From NCBI RefSeq assembly GCF_030028105.1, contig NC_092374.1, forward strand, positions 39,751,016-39,815,015: a DNA stretch of 64,000 nt. The letters run 5' to 3'. Made by a program: the position numbers and the translations under genes. Shown here in pieces: positions 48,670-62,319 of this stretch; positions within the stretch are counted from its first letter, which is position 1; the number at the start of each line of letters is the position of its first letter. Below the pieces are notes generated by a model that saw only the letters and a program-made list of their open reading frames with translations, ran no database searches and had not been told where the DNA came from. The stretch comes from Mobula birostris. Its lineage: Eukaryota.

Positions 48670-50958
48670 GGCTGACTTCTGGTGAGGCATGAGGCAAGAT
48701 GGCAGCACAGCACTGAGTGCTGACATATAACCCGCCTTCTTCAAGTTCTTTAGGGTTCATAGATGGTCTTAATACAAGGTTGAGTTGGAGAAAGATCTAA
48801 CTAAAGACATGACCTCAAAAAAAGATCGAAATTCAACCAGGAAACAAAATACCAACAGACGACACCAAGCTGGCGATTCATCCGAGGAGATAGCTATGCT
48901 AATTAAACAAACAATGACAATGGAGATGGAATCACTGCAAGAAACGGTAGCCACATGCTAAAGGAGTCGCTGGAAAAGGCTCTCGACCCCATACAGAAGC
49001 ATATGGCAGAGAATGGCAACATTCTCCAGTCGTTAAAGGAACAAGCAGACATTCACGCTAAAAAATTTAGCACGGTCTTCAACAAAATAGACAACCTTCA
49101 GGTTTGCTTACGCAAAAATGAGGAAGTTTACAAACTCCTGTCTCACGGAGGTGTCTAAGATATGGAAGAAGCTGAACAGGTTGGAGGACAGATCCAGGAG
49201 AAACAATGTGCGGCTGGTCAACTTACCGACAGGCGCTGAGGGCGACGATCCAAGAGGTTACCTCCAGAAGATGCTGCCTAATTGGATTCCAAACACTCAA
49301 GAATTCCCACAGCACTCCATTGGAGATCGATAGAGCACATAGGATCTTTTCCAACAACACCTCAAGACCGCAGACCATGATTTTTAGGCTTCTACGGTAC
49401 ACCGACCGGCAGGCTATCCTGGAAGGCGTAAGGAAAGCCAAACCTACTCTCTCTAATGGCACCCAGCTGCCTACAGCCCCAGCACGATGCAGGAACGGCA
49501 GGGATACAAGGAGATCCACGCTGAACTTCGGCAGAAGGGGATCGACTCGTTCCTCATATACCTGGCAATTTTGAGAGTGAATATCAAGGGCATGAAGATG
49601 TCATTTAACTCAGCAGAGGAAGCAAAAGAAGCTCTGCAATCATCGGTGCTGGGAGATATGAAAGAAAACCCTGGGCAAAGTCCACACACCCCTCAGGAGG
49701 AGATGGAACTGCATTAAGAGCTCGGACTAGCCTGTATGCGCAATCTAACAGGCACAGGCAAGTTAGCGTCCTGGGTGTGAAGTTTTCTGGTTATTCTTTT
49801 ATTGGAAAGTCAATCGTTGCACTTTTGTATTTAGTTAATTAAGGGGCCAGTTTGTTTCTGACTATTGCAGGTCAGAGTTTTAAGGTAATGGCTCAGTTAA
49901 CTTGTTAGTACAAGGATAACATGGTAAGGTGATATGAGTCCACCTAGATTTACTTTTTATCTTTTACTTCCTAAGGTGATACTTAATATACCCAAATATC
50001 ATACTTTATCAAGAATGAAGCTGAAAAACAGCAGTTTGTTCTGAATAACTTTAGAACGTTATGTCTCCAGTAGACTTGATTACATTCCTGGGCGCCAGAT
50101 AAGACGTCACTGGCGCCATCACTAAGCGACGGTCTATTAAAGCAACAGTTTCTCGCAAGAGTTCTGTTGCGGTCTTGATTATGTGTTATACTATGTTTGA
50201 GACGGAAATGGTTTTAATTATATAGGTTAACGGGTTTGTCCAGGTTTTTTTTTCTTGTCTCTTTAATATGATTGCCTATGAGAACTGCTTTGCCTTTCTA
50301 ATTTGTTGGTGCTGGGGGAGCGGGTGTGGTTAATGTTAATGTTCAGTGTCTGACATTGCTTAGTGTCACAGATGTTACAAGGTAAAGGGTTGAATGGGAG
50401 GGGTGGTGGGAGGGGGGGTGGGAAGGGGGTAACTCAGGGCTCCACCACCAATTTATAACAACAGATCCAGGGGAAGATGAGCAACACAGATAAATTAGAA
50501 ACATCTTCGAAATGATGACTCCCACCTTTCCCTTACGGAAAAAACATGCAAAGTCTGGCTGGCAGGCCTGACTGCAGCTAAGAAGATTATAGTCCAGCGT
50601 TGGAAACCTCCCCCATGATATTTCAAATACTCACTGGCTTTGGAGCTTTTTGGACATTTCTTACCTGGAACTTTCATCAGCAAGAGTAAATGATGCACGA
50701 CCAAACTCAATCTTAATGTGGACAATTTTGATATCTAACTTAAAAGGTCTTTTGTTAAAATAGGAATGCTTTGTCTGTGTATGCACTACTATTCAGTTGG
50801 TTGGTGGAGGGGAGAGGGGTTGGGGGGGAAAGAGGGGTGGAGGGGGGATGGTGATGAAGGTTGGGGGGTGGCTGGGTTAAACAGTCGAAATGTAATTGGC
50901 AACTGATTGTATTGAATGTAATTTGTTGGTGTTGCAATAAGAAATATGTAATAAAAAA
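48670..50958 (+). mobile_element. Internally deleted L1 (ORF1 plus ORF2 C-terminal stub), HAL1-like
   Basis: TSD aagtacttt (48661-48669 and 50959-50967). 5' gacttctgg...aagatggcagc. ORF1 ~48810-49717 (LEDRSRRNNVRLVNLP, LEIDRAHR, MIFRLLRYTDRQ). Stub WLAGLTAAKKIIVQRWKPP at ~50550-50615. AATAAA and A-tail. Confidence 0.88.
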
Positions 50959-50967
50959 AAGTACTTT

Positions 50968-52090
50968 ATCGATCCCAAGTGGGAAATTATTTCATTACAG
51001 CAACAACATTTAAAAACACACTTAGCAATAGTAATAATATTAACTAATAATAAAGTACAGATTAATAATATACACAATAATAATTTACCAATGTGCAATA
51101 ATTACAAAATAATAAAAACAGAAACTATTGCACTATGATATATGTTCTCCTGTCACACAGAGATGAACTGTTTATTGCATTTGGTAGGAAAGATTTTCTG
51201 TAATGATCCTTGTGACAAAGGAGCCGAATGAGCTGTTTAAAAGGGTGTTCTGCTGCTTATTCAGTAGGTCATGGAGATGATGTGCCTGATTGTCTGTAAT
51301 GGATAAGTTTGTTTAGTGACCTTCATAGGTTGTGGGGTCAAGAAGCCATCTTACCATACAAGCGGTCCATTCAAATGTCTGATAACAGTGGGGTAGAAAC
51401 TGACATTGAGCCTAGTGATACATGCTTTCAGGCCTTTGTATCTTGTCCAACAGAAGAAGAGAGAAGGTCCAGAGTGGGTGGGGTCTTTGATTATGCTGGC
51501 TGCTTCAATGAGGCTCTCAACTTCAACACCATTGATGTAGACAGGAGCATGTGCACTGCCCCTCTTAAAGTCATTGACCAACTCTTCTGTTGAAATTGAG
51601 GGAAAGGTTGTTTTCATGACTCCATGTCACTATCTCCTTCCTGTAATCCAACTCGTTACTTGAGATATGGTCCACTACGTTTGTATCATCTGCAAACTTG
51701 TTGATGGGGTCAGAGCAGAATCTGGACACTCAGTCACGAGTGTACAGGGAGGAGAGTAAGGGGCTGAAGGCACAACCTTATGGAGCACCAATATTTAAAA
51801 CAATTATGGTGGAGGTGTTGCTGCTTATCCTTACTGACTGCCTTCTGTTGGTCAGATAGTCAAAAATCCAGTGGCAAAGGAAGGCATTGACTCCCAGGGT
51901 CTGGTGTTTGTTGATGAGTTTGCTTTGATTGAAGGTACACTGTAATCAATAAACACAAGTCTAATGTAGGTATCTTTATTCTACAGATGTCCCAAAGATG
52001 AGTGTAGAGCCAGGGAGATGATGTCTGCCATAGACCTGTTTCAGCAGTAGGAAAATTGCAATGGGTCGAGGTTGTCTAGAAGGTTGATTA
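50968..52090 (-). mobile_element. Rex1/Babar-type LINE 3' fragments (tail continues at 48645-48669)
   Basis: Reverse-complemented tail aatttcccacttgggatcgataaagtact(tat)n; STEELVNDFKRGSAHAPVYINGVEVE; IIKDPTH; FYPTVIRHLN. Confidence 0.75.
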
Positions 52091-52209
52091 TTAGAATAAT
52101 TATTTCAGCTATTTCATTCCCTCATAAACCTGAAAAATATGAGATTAATTTTATGAATATTTTTTGCAGGAAAGGTATGTTGTCATTTTTCCATTTGTAA
52201 CAGCTATAT

Positions 52210-53115
52210 TAGAATCATCAAACGCTACAGCACAGAAACAGGCCCCTTAGTCTACCTCATCCATGATGAATTGATTTTCTGTTTAGTCCCATTCACCTGC
52301 ATCCAGACCATAGCCCTCCATATGCCTATCATCCATGTACCTATCCAAAATTCTCTTCAATGTTGCAATTGAACCTGCATCCACCATCTCCACTGGCAGC
52401 TCGTTTCACACTCGCACCACCCCCTAAAGTGAAGGTACTCCCCCCTCAGATTCCCCTTAAATATTTCATCTTTCACTGTAAACCTATGACCTCTAGTAGT
52501 AGTCTCACCAGACCTCATGCTAAAAAGCCTGAATGCATTTACTCTATACACCTCAGAGAGTTGTATGGCTCTATAAGATCACCCCTCATTCTCTTACACT
52601 CCAGGGAATAAAGTCCCAACCTGATCAAAATGTCCCCATAACTGAGGTCTTCAAGTCCTGACAACACCCTTGTAAATTTTCTCTGCACTCTTTCAAGCTG
52701 TCTATCTTTCCTGTAGTAGGTGACCAAAATCACACACAATACTCCAAATTCTGCCTCATCAATGTTTTATACAATTGCAACATAACATCCCAACTCCTTT
52801 ACTGGGAGCTCTGATTCATGAAGTCCAATGTGCCAAAAGCTCTCTTTATGACCCTGAATACCTGTGTCAGCACTTTCAAGGAATTATGGATATATATTTC
52901 CAAATGTCTTTGTTCTACTGCACACCTCAGTGTCCTATCTTTCACTTTGTCGGCCCTACACTAGTTTGTCCTTGCAAAATGCAATACCTCGCACTTGTCT
53001 GCATTAAATTCCATCTGCAATTTTTAGCCCAATTTTCCACCTGGTCCTAATCACACTACAGGCAGCCTTTCTAGCTGTCCACTACACTGCCAGTCTTAGT
53101 GTCATCTGCATATCT
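52210..53115 (-). mobile_element. CR1 LINE 3' fragment
   Basis: LERVQRKFTRVLSGLEDLSY...RMRGDLIE plus a CR1 tail. Confidence 0.85.
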
Positions 53116-53432
53116 GCTATCACCACATTTTTTTTATATTCTCCCTGTTTGTTCTTTGGTTACTTCATTCCCTTGCTAATAAGAATTGTTAAGTAGCCCT
53201 CATTAGGAAGTTATTCAAAGCTTGTTGATTATTATTTTCCATTTATTTCTCTTCTGATGAGTTTGTTGATCTGATCAATTAGATCTTTTTTCAATCTGTG
53301 CATGGTTTCGTATATAGTATTTTCTGTTTTTTTTTCCCCAGATTTTCTGCATTGGGATTATTTTTTGCACTACTATTTGTATCTGGAAATAAGAACTTTG
53401 TATTTTCTAATTTGGTATTTTTTCACTTTTAG

Positions 53433-53488
53433 TTCAACAGGTTATCGAAGCCCATTTGCTGAAGTTGCTTTTTAACATTAGAGAATAG
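53433..53488 (+). CDS. ANKRA2: ANKRA2 last coding exon (VQQVIEAHLLKLLFNIRE*)
   Basis: Acceptor ttttag, stop TAG at 53486-53488; the spliced CDS totals 936 nt with the frame intact. Confidence 0.96.
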
Positions 53489-55410
53489 TGATGTGGTACT
53501 TCTAGCAATCTCAGCAGAATGAATCTTCGCCTGCGTGGTCTGGATTTCTGAGAGAAAGTTCCAAAATTTTTATGTTTGACAATCGGCTAGTCAGTTTACC
53601 GATTGTTGCAATTTGTCCATGATTGGAAAAAAGAAAAAGATTAGTCCTGATCCAACTTTGTATATGTAACGTGCTCAATATCTTCTGGTGAAGAAGATAA
53701 GACTAGTGAATATGATTAAAGACTTGCTTTGTAATTTATTGGGGGTATATTATACCATTTGCATTGGGCACTAATGAGCCCAATGCCATAAAGGGAAACC
53801 ATATGTTGAAGTACTGTAAGATTGCACCAAGATTACTTTGGTCTAAAATAGAGGGAATAAAATTTCCTGAAGAAATAAATTATATTACATTTGCCTCTGT
53901 CATTATTGAATAGGAATCATAGTGAATATTGTTCAATTTTTGTAAACCCGTTACTGATTTTTGGAACTCCATTGTCAAGCAAGAATTAAAACTTGGAGTG
54001 GTCAAACCATTGTGGGGGTGTGTGGAAATAAAGAAGGTATTTTATATTGACTGGTTTCATGTTGAAACTGACAATGGAAGTTAGAAACTACTTCAGCTAT
54101 CCGATTCAGGCTGATAATCTGATGCCTAAAGCAAAAAGAAAATCTATAGTGCTGATTAATGCCTGATCATTTTGCCTCACTGGTGGAACCTGAAATTATA
54201 GACCTTTCACAATGGATGAGGGAGGGGAAGAAACTGGCATTTTGCAAGTCTGCTCCTGAAATTAATGTAAACGAATACTCACTAGATGTAAGAGTCTAAC
54301 AGTAATTTTTTTGCCAAATAATTATGCAAGTGATTTTGCTGGCTAGAAGAACCCTAGCTCCCAGTGATAGATCTATTTAAACAGCAGATGAGATACTCAA
54401 GTTCGCAGTAACCCCATATGAAATAGTCCATATACTGTTAAAGCAAAATATTACCTTGGTGCATTAACATTTACAAGAGTTTGAATTTTGAACATTAAAA
54501 ATAAAAATGCATGATTTGAAATTTTGACTGTTCTAAAAACTTTAATCCTGTGTTCTCAGTAATGTGTTTCCATAGCACCTATACTAATCTGCATTGTGTG
54601 AATGAGTTTTGTTAATGTATTGTGGAGTTCAGGAACTAAAGAATTAAAAATTGAGACCCCAAATGCTAATTCCTTTAAAAGGCACCCTACTTAATAGTTT
54701 AGCTAATTTGAAAAGTTCCTGGACCAATATTAAACCAGAAAATTTAACAGTGTATGTAAATAAACTGACATTATTTTTAAAAACTTTAGAATTTAATCAA
54801 GAGTGATAGCTGTAACAATTGCAATGTCAGTTTCAAGGTGACATCAGATTGGTTCAAAATTAAACAATGGTTGACGCCTAAATCCATTTATTGGACTTTT
54901 GTTTTACAGGGCAATTAGATTCCATTTCCAGTTATGTTACTTGAAGAGATTATTTTTAATATTTTTCTCTGTTATTTATTTTGACCTGACAACAGTAAGC
55001 TTTGTTTACTAATTTGCTTGCCTGACTAAGTTGCTTTGTACTTGAGGGAGGATGGAGTATGCATGATTTATGTTGGGAAATCCATGGAAGAACTGTGGAT
55101 GATCTCATCTAGTATATTTCAAATTGCGTGACCCTCCAAAGTTAGGACAAAATCTAACCAACAGGTTCAGAAATAATTTCAGGTTAATATTCTTTTGCTG
55201 CCTATTATTGTTGAAAACTTGTCTATTTGTTCTATTAAGTATTTGATCCAACTGTCCTTGCTAACATATTTTAAGCAATTGTATTTTATTAGGGATGCTT
55301 GTAAAAGTTAAAATTTTTATTAAAATTCTAAAGGTTTTTTATGTATGAAATGAGCAAAGAAATGTGTTGATTTGAAAGCGTTATTACTGTATATTCATAA
55401 ACATTTGTAT
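53489..55410 (+). other. ANKRA2: Probable ANKRA2 3' UTR with several candidate polyadenylation signals
   Basis: AT-rich stretch after the stop with no recognisable TE; AATAAA at ~53856, 53874, 54027, 54500 and 54758, ATTAAA at ~55319; the end is uncertain. Confidence 0.55.
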
Positions 55411-55429
55411 ATTGCCATCATCTTAGGAC

Positions 55430-57330
55430 GGTGAGACATCGGAGCAGATTTAGGCCATTTGGCCCATTGAGTCTTCTCAGTCATTCCATCAATGCTGATT
55501 TATTATCCCTCTCAACCCGATGCTCCTGCCTTTTCCCTGTAACATCTGATGCCCTGATTAATCAAGAATCCTATCAACCTCCACCTTAAATACATCCAAT
55601 GACTTGGCCTGTACAGCCTTCTATGGCAATGGATTCCACAAATTTACCACCCTCAGGCTAAAGAAAATTTTCCTCATTTCTGTTCTAAATAGTTATCACT
55701 CTATTCTAAGTCTGTGCCATCTGGTCCTAGGCTCCCCCACTATAGAATAGTGCTTCTCCACATGCATTCTATCTAGGCCTTTCAATATTCAATAGATTTC
55801 AATGACGACCCCCCCCCCCCATTCTTCTAAAGTCCAGTGAGTACAGGCCCAGAGCTATTAAATACTCCTCACATGTTAACCCTTTCATTCCTGAGAAACT
55901 CCCCTGGACCATCTCCAATGCCAGCATATCTTTTAGATAAGGTGCCCAAAACTGCTCATAGTACTCTGTTGAGGTCTGCCAAATGCCTTTTAACAACTCA
56001 GCATAATATCCTTTCTTTTGTATTCTGGTCCTCTTGAAATGAATGCTAACATTGCATTTGCCTTCCTTACCACCAACTTAACCTGCAAGTTAACCTTTAG
56101 GGTATTCTGCACAGGGACTTCCAAGTCCCTTTGCAACTATGATTTTTGAATTTTCTCCCATTTAGAAAATAGTCCACGCCTTTATTCCTTCTACCAATGT
56201 GCATGACCATGCACTTCCCTACACTATATTACATCTTCCACTTCTTTGCCCATTCTCCCAATCTTTCTAGGTCCTTCTGCAAACACCCTGCTTCCTAAAC
56301 ACTACCTGCCCCTCCACCTATCTGTATCATCCATGAGCTTGGCCACAAAGTCGTCAATTCCTTCATCCAAATCATTGGCATATAACGTGAAAAGAAGAGG
56401 TCTCAACACTGACACACTAGGCCAACCAGAAAAGACACTCTTTATTCCCACTCTGCCTCCTGCCAGTCACCCAATCTTCTATTCATCTTTCCTGTAATAC
56501 CATGGGAGCCTCATGTGAAGCACCCTGTTGAAGGCCGCCTGAAATTCCAAATGAACAACATCCACTGACTCTTCTGTATCTATCCTGCCTGTAATTTCAT
56601 CAAATAATTCCAACAGATTTGTCAGGCAAGATTTTCTCTTAAAAGAAATCACACTGACTTTGGCCTATTTTATCATGTGCCTCCAAGTGCCCCAAAACCT
56701 CATCTTTAATAATAGACTCCATCTTTCCAACCACTGAAGTCAGGCTAACAGGCGTATAATTTCCTTTCTTCTGCCTCCCTCCCTTCTTAAAGAGTGGAGT
56801 GACATTTGCAATTTTCCAGTCCTCTGAACCATTCCAGAATCTAGTGATTCTTGCAACATCATTACTGATGCCTCTACAATCATTTCAGCTTCTTCTTTCA
56901 GAATGCTGGGGTGAAGTCTATCTGGTTCAGGACACTTATCCTAAGCACCTTAATATAACAATGACCCTTCTGACCCCTGATATTCTTGCATTTCTGGCGT
57001 TCTGCTGGTGTTTTCCACAGTGAAGACACACAAAATACTTACTAAGTTCATCCACCATTTCTTTGTGTCCCATTGCTCCCTCTCCAGAGTCATTTTCCAA
57101 CAATCCAATATCCACTTCATCTCTTTTATTCTTTATATATCTGCCAAAAACTTCCTGCATCCTGTTTTATATTATTGGCTAGCTTATCTTCTCATTTCAT
57201 CTTTTCTTTCCTTATGGCTCCTTAGTTGCCTTCATTGTTTTCTAAAAGCTTCCCAATCGTCTACCTTCCCATTACTTTTTGCTATTTATTATATGTCCTT
57301 TCTTTTGCTTTTAAGCTGTCTTTGACTATC
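55430..57330 (-). mobile_element. CR1 LINE RT region with deletions, similar to 11650-14510
   Basis: EQFWAPYLKDMLALEMVQ and MVDELSKYF; nucleotide similarity to the reverse complement of 12500-14440. Confidence 0.88.
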
Positions 57331-57814
57331 TTAAGATCAAACAAATTGTAGAAATATGTTACATCTCCACATTTCTCTCCTGCAACTTAATGGGTCAGCT
57401 TTTGCTAACAGGATCATTTAACTTTCAGACTAGTTCTGCTTTTTAGAACTGCTATCAGCCTTTGCACATATGGCCTAGCTTTCACTAATTCCTTCTAATT
57501 ATTAACCAATTTTCGATCTTCTATTTCCCTCAAGTATTCAATGATGTCTGTCATCTAACTGCATTCCAGTCTTTCCCACATTAATTGTTGTTTATACCTC
57601 TTCAATTCAGCATTCAAACTGTCCACAGCGTTAAGACTACACAGGATTTGCAAATGAAGCAACCATGAACAGTTTTTCCTCTCAACATTTACCACTCATT
57701 TACATTAAATGTCACTTTTTGCGGTCCACATTTATGGCTTATTCTTTCAAATTGGCTATCAGTACACTTAATCTGCCAGGAGACTTTCCTGATCCTGAGC
57801 TGAGTTTTAAACCT

Positions 57815-59640
57815 CACATCTTAACGCCTTACAGTGAATCTGTGGCTCTGGTAGGCAAATTGGAGCGGATTCAAATTGTGTTTCAGGTATTGATGATGTG
57901 TTTCATCACCAATTTCACAAAACACCTCTTCATTGAATATAAGTGCTGCTGGACAATAGTTGTTGAGGCAGGTTACCATGTTCATCTTAGGCGTAATTGA
58001 AGCCTGCATGAAGCAGGTGGGTGCCTCAGATTGCCGAAACGAGAGATTAAAGATCTCACTGAGCACTAGCTAGTTGATCAGCTCAGTTCTTTAGTACTCG
58101 GCTAGGTATTCCATCAGGGCCAGATGCTGTTTCATGGGTGCACCCTTCAGAAGGCTGCTCACATGTTGGCCTCAGACTGAAATCACTGGATCATTGGGGA
58201 TGTGGGAGTTTGTGACAGTTCCCCCAAGTTTTGATGGTCAAAGCAAGCATAAAAGGCATTGAGCTCATCTGGAGGTAAAGCTGTGTTGTCACCTGTGTCA
58301 CAAAGAGGTGATAGTATTCAAGCCCTGCCACAACTGTCAAGCATTCTTCGTTGATTCAAGTTTAGTCTGGAATTTCCGCTTCACCCATGAAGTGGCTTTC
58401 CAGAGATTGTATCTGGACTTCTCGTTACTTTCTTGGTCACCGGTCTTGAATGCCTCTGATCTGGCCCTCAAAGGATTGCAGATCTCATCCAGGGCATCTG
58501 GTTGGGGAAGACTGAATGATCTTGTGGGGACACACTCATCTACAGCTGTCTTAATAAAGTCTGTGACGGCCATGGTGTATTCATTCAGATCCACAGATGA
58601 GTTCTTGAACACGGCCCAATCAACCAAATTGAAGCAATCTCGTAGCCACTCCTCTGTCTCCTGCAACCACCTCATTGTTGTCCTAATCTCTGGAGCTTTG
58701 CTCTTTAACTTCTGCCTGTATTCAGGTAGGAGAAGAACAGCAAATTGATCAGATTTATCAAAATGAGGTCGGGCATGGGACGATAGGCATTTGTTATCTT
58801 TGTATAACAGTTGTCTAGTGTGTTGGAACATCTGGAGCTACAAGTTATGTGCCAATGGAAATTGGGCAGGGTTTTCTTCAAGCAAGCTTGGCTGAAGTCC
58901 TTGACTATGATTTGAAATGCATCAGGATGGATTGCTTCTGGTTTGGAGATGGCTAAATGCAGTATCTCAAGCGCTTGATTTTAGTTGGCCACTGGTGGTA
59001 TGTAAACTACTGGCAGGATTATGGAGATCTCCCTAGGTAAATAGAACGGATGGAATTTGACCATTACACGTTCAAAGTTGGGGGGAACACAAGTTCAATA
59101 AAGCCACCACATCAGAGCATCACTGAGAGTTTACCATGAAAAACACACCTCCACCTTTTGCCCTTTCTGAATCAGCAGTTCGGTCCATTCTGTAAATCAA
59201 AAAGCCTTCTGGTCCAATCACTAACCTGGTGTGCTGAAAGAAACCCATGTCTAGCTCAGACATAGAATACAACAATCTCTCAATCACTCTGATGCTGCAA
59301 TCTTGTCCTCAGGCCCTCAGTTTTGCTCTCCAACGACTGCACATTTGCTGACAAGATGCTGGTTAGAGGTGATCTCATCCCCCTGCATTTCAGCCTGACT
59401 TGGAGCACCCCACCCCCCCCGCGACCTGGCCTCACTTCTGGCCATGGTGATGAACCCTTGTCCACTTAAAGGTGGCATACCTGCTTGGTCTGCAGAAGAT
59501 CGTGAAATCTGTAGATCATTAAGTTGATTTAAAAGTACATTACTTTAAGGAAAATTACATGCTGCAGATTGCAGTGACAGTAATTCGAAAGTATATTTAG
59601 AAGTATTGTATGTAACCCACAGATGGCATTTGCACGATGG
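57815..59640 (-). mobile_element. Rex1/Babar-type LINE, 5' half (endonuclease to RT start), degenerate
   Basis: SILSANVQSLESK, RPHFDKSDQFAVLLLPEYRQKL, LRDCFNLVDWAVF, IFNLSFRQSEAPTCF, LNPLQFAY. Confidence 0.85.
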
Positions 59641-60487
59641 TGGTTCATTGGCACTGTCATGCAAATGCTATCTCATTGTTCTCTTCACTAAACGCTGCAA
59701 CATCTGGAGAGCAAAGTTACATACATCAGGATGCTCTTTATCAACTTCTTTGGGATACTTGTTACAAATTGTAATCTATAATAATCCAGTACATTGATAA
59801 TAATGCTGGATAATTTACAGTTTGTGTAATCAATTGTTTTCTTTAAAAATTAATTATACATTGTTCAATATGGTTTGACAGGGAAAAAAAACTAGAATCA
59901 TAACTTTTAAGCTTGGTTATTAGATTATGTAAGTGACCAAAATTAGTCAAAGAATTCAATACCAATTTTCAACTAAAGCCTCAACCTTTTAGTAAAACAC
60001 TTGTTACAAATGATTAGATTATGTGAAATGCGAAATGAGGGAAGGAATCCACGTTTTGTCATGTCATGGATTTCTCTTCTTATCCTTCCAACTAGCCTGA
60101 TGGTAATGGTGGGCAAGTTACTGGGAAAAACGTTCTGACAGAGCCGATGCTTTAGAAAGGTATATTATAAATTGGGGACATTCAACATGAATATAAGGTT
60201 TTTGTTGCACCTTGGTTAAATGAATTTTTGTGAGGATATTATGAGTATGTGTGTATGTCTGCAGCATATTTTAGGTAGACCATGTGGATTTTAGGAGCAA
60301 TTTTGACAAATTCACACTAAATTATCAGATTTTTTTTTGAAAAAACATGAAATCCGGAGAAGTGGGATTGAATTAAAACTTGTCTCAAGAGAAGTAAAAG
60401 CAAGATAAATAGAAATATAGGAGTTTCTGTTTGAACTACCCTTATTCATTAATTTTGGGGATCTTTTTTTAATTACCCCAGCATGTG

Positions 60488-61010
60488 TGAATTGAATTGA
60501 ATTGACTTACATCCTTCATATACATGAGTAAAAATCTTTACATTATGTCTCCGTCTAAATGTGCAATTTATAGTAATTTATAATAAATATTATGTACAAC
60601 AGGATAGTCAATATAATATAGAAATACAGTTGTGTCAGCGTGAGTTAATCAGTCTGAAGGCCTGGTGGAGGAAGCTGTTCCAGAGCCTGTTGGTCCTGGG
60701 TTTTATGCTGTAGTACCCTTTTCCGGGATGGTAGCAGCTGGAATAGATTGTGGTTGGGGTGACTCAGGTCCCTAATGATCCTTCAGGCCTTTTTTACATA
60801 CCTGTCTTTGTAAATGTCCTGAATAGTGGGAAGTCCACATCTACAGATGGCTGGGCTGTCCGCACCACTCTCTGCAGAGTCCTGCGATTGAGGGAAGTAC
60901 AGTCCCCATACCAGGCAGTGATGCAGCCAGTCAGGATGCTCTCAATTGTGCCCCTGTAGAAAGTTCTTAGGATTTGGGGCCCATACCAAACTTCCTCAAC
61001 GGTCTGAGGT
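60488..61010 (-). mobile_element. Rex1-type LINE 3' end
   Basis: ILRTFYRGTIESILTGCITAWYG...LQRVVRTAQ; (attga)n tail at ~60490. Confidence 0.85.
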
Positions 61011-61035
61011 GATAGAGCTGTCTGTGTGTGCATTA

Positions 61036-61039
<4 letters not shown>

Positions 61040-61115
<76 letters not shown>

Positions 61116-61130
61116 AAGAGAGAGAGAGAG
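61040..61130. repeat. (TG)n(AG)n compound microsatellite
   Basis: Directly visible. Confidence 0.97.
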
Positions 61131-62319
61131 GTACAACTCAAACTACTGAAACCTTTTCCGTCATACTCATTGCATTCAGATTTACATCTACTTGTGTAGA
61201 AATATTTAGGATTTAGATCTGGTTTATTTTCATACAAAGCAGAGCTGAAGATCTGCATCTGAGTGTTTCTGGTAAAACCATTGTCAAGCGAGTGGTTCAG
61301 TGCTGTCTGATGTCAATGCTGGCGATACCTTCAAATGATAATGAGTAGACAACTTGATAATAATTAGCTGGATTGAATTTGCACTTCTTTTTAATCACAA
61401 ATTTTGGAGGCATCGAGATTTTCTATTTCGCAGACTCAGATATAAGGATATTTGATCGTTTAAGCTTTGTTTTTCCCCGATGTGTTTATTGTACGCGTTG
61501 CTGAGTGACAGAAGTAAGTTCCTGGTCCTAGAGTTAGGTCTGGTTAAAACAGTTCCAGCCCTGCAGGTTGGCGAAAACTTGGCCGTTGGTATTTTATTTT
61601 TGAGAACACAAGGCCGAGCAAAAGGAAAATGGCAAGCAGAGTCTATCCTTCACGGTTCAAGGTAAAACTGGGTATTCCAACGTATCCTGGAAATGTAGAT
61701 TACAAACGTAAAGGAAGGTAGCCACATACTAGAACAGTTTATCAAATGTGTGTTGCTCTGGTATCAAAGCGAGGAATTTCCTGAAAATTATTATTAAAGC
61801 AGTCCTCAGAATAGAAAGCAGTTAATATAACTTTTATAAATTAACTAAGAAAACCAATGGTGCATTTAGTTAGTCCACAATTACATGGTGATAAAAACGA
61901 CCTTGGTTACTTTTCACAAATATTACACCTGCCGTAAAACTTCCTTTTATTAAAGTAGTGGAACATTTACATTTCTACTGCATGGATTTAAATTCAATTA
62001 CTAAAAGATTAGCGCCAACAGAATGTTGATTCCATAAAAGATTAAAACTTGGGATAACGCAGTAAATTTACCTGCGTTCCGCAATGCAACAATCCAAGTT
62101 TAACAAAATAGTGTCATCGTTCATAGTTGCTTTCTGTGATAAAGCACCTCACATTTCCGATTTGGTGAAGTGGGAATTTGGTAACTTCTTGATCCCAATC
62201 CAGAAAAGACGTCAGGTATAATTAAAATCGTGGGGAACTCCTACGATCCCCGAAGTCAGAAGAAAGGAAACGCTATTGCAATCTATTTAAAAGGGTTTGG
62301 TCTTGTCATGTTACACTGG

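Noticed and set aside
39464-53488. RFXANK instead of ANKRA2
   Set aside because: The N-terminal MGMKFxLPNRFDMNVCSRFVKSLNEE block and the head-to-head position with UTP15 identify ANKRA2.
60794-61258. 154-aa ORF with a His-Thr repeat
   Set aside because: It is the translation of a (CA)n microsatellite fused to a Rex1 fragment.
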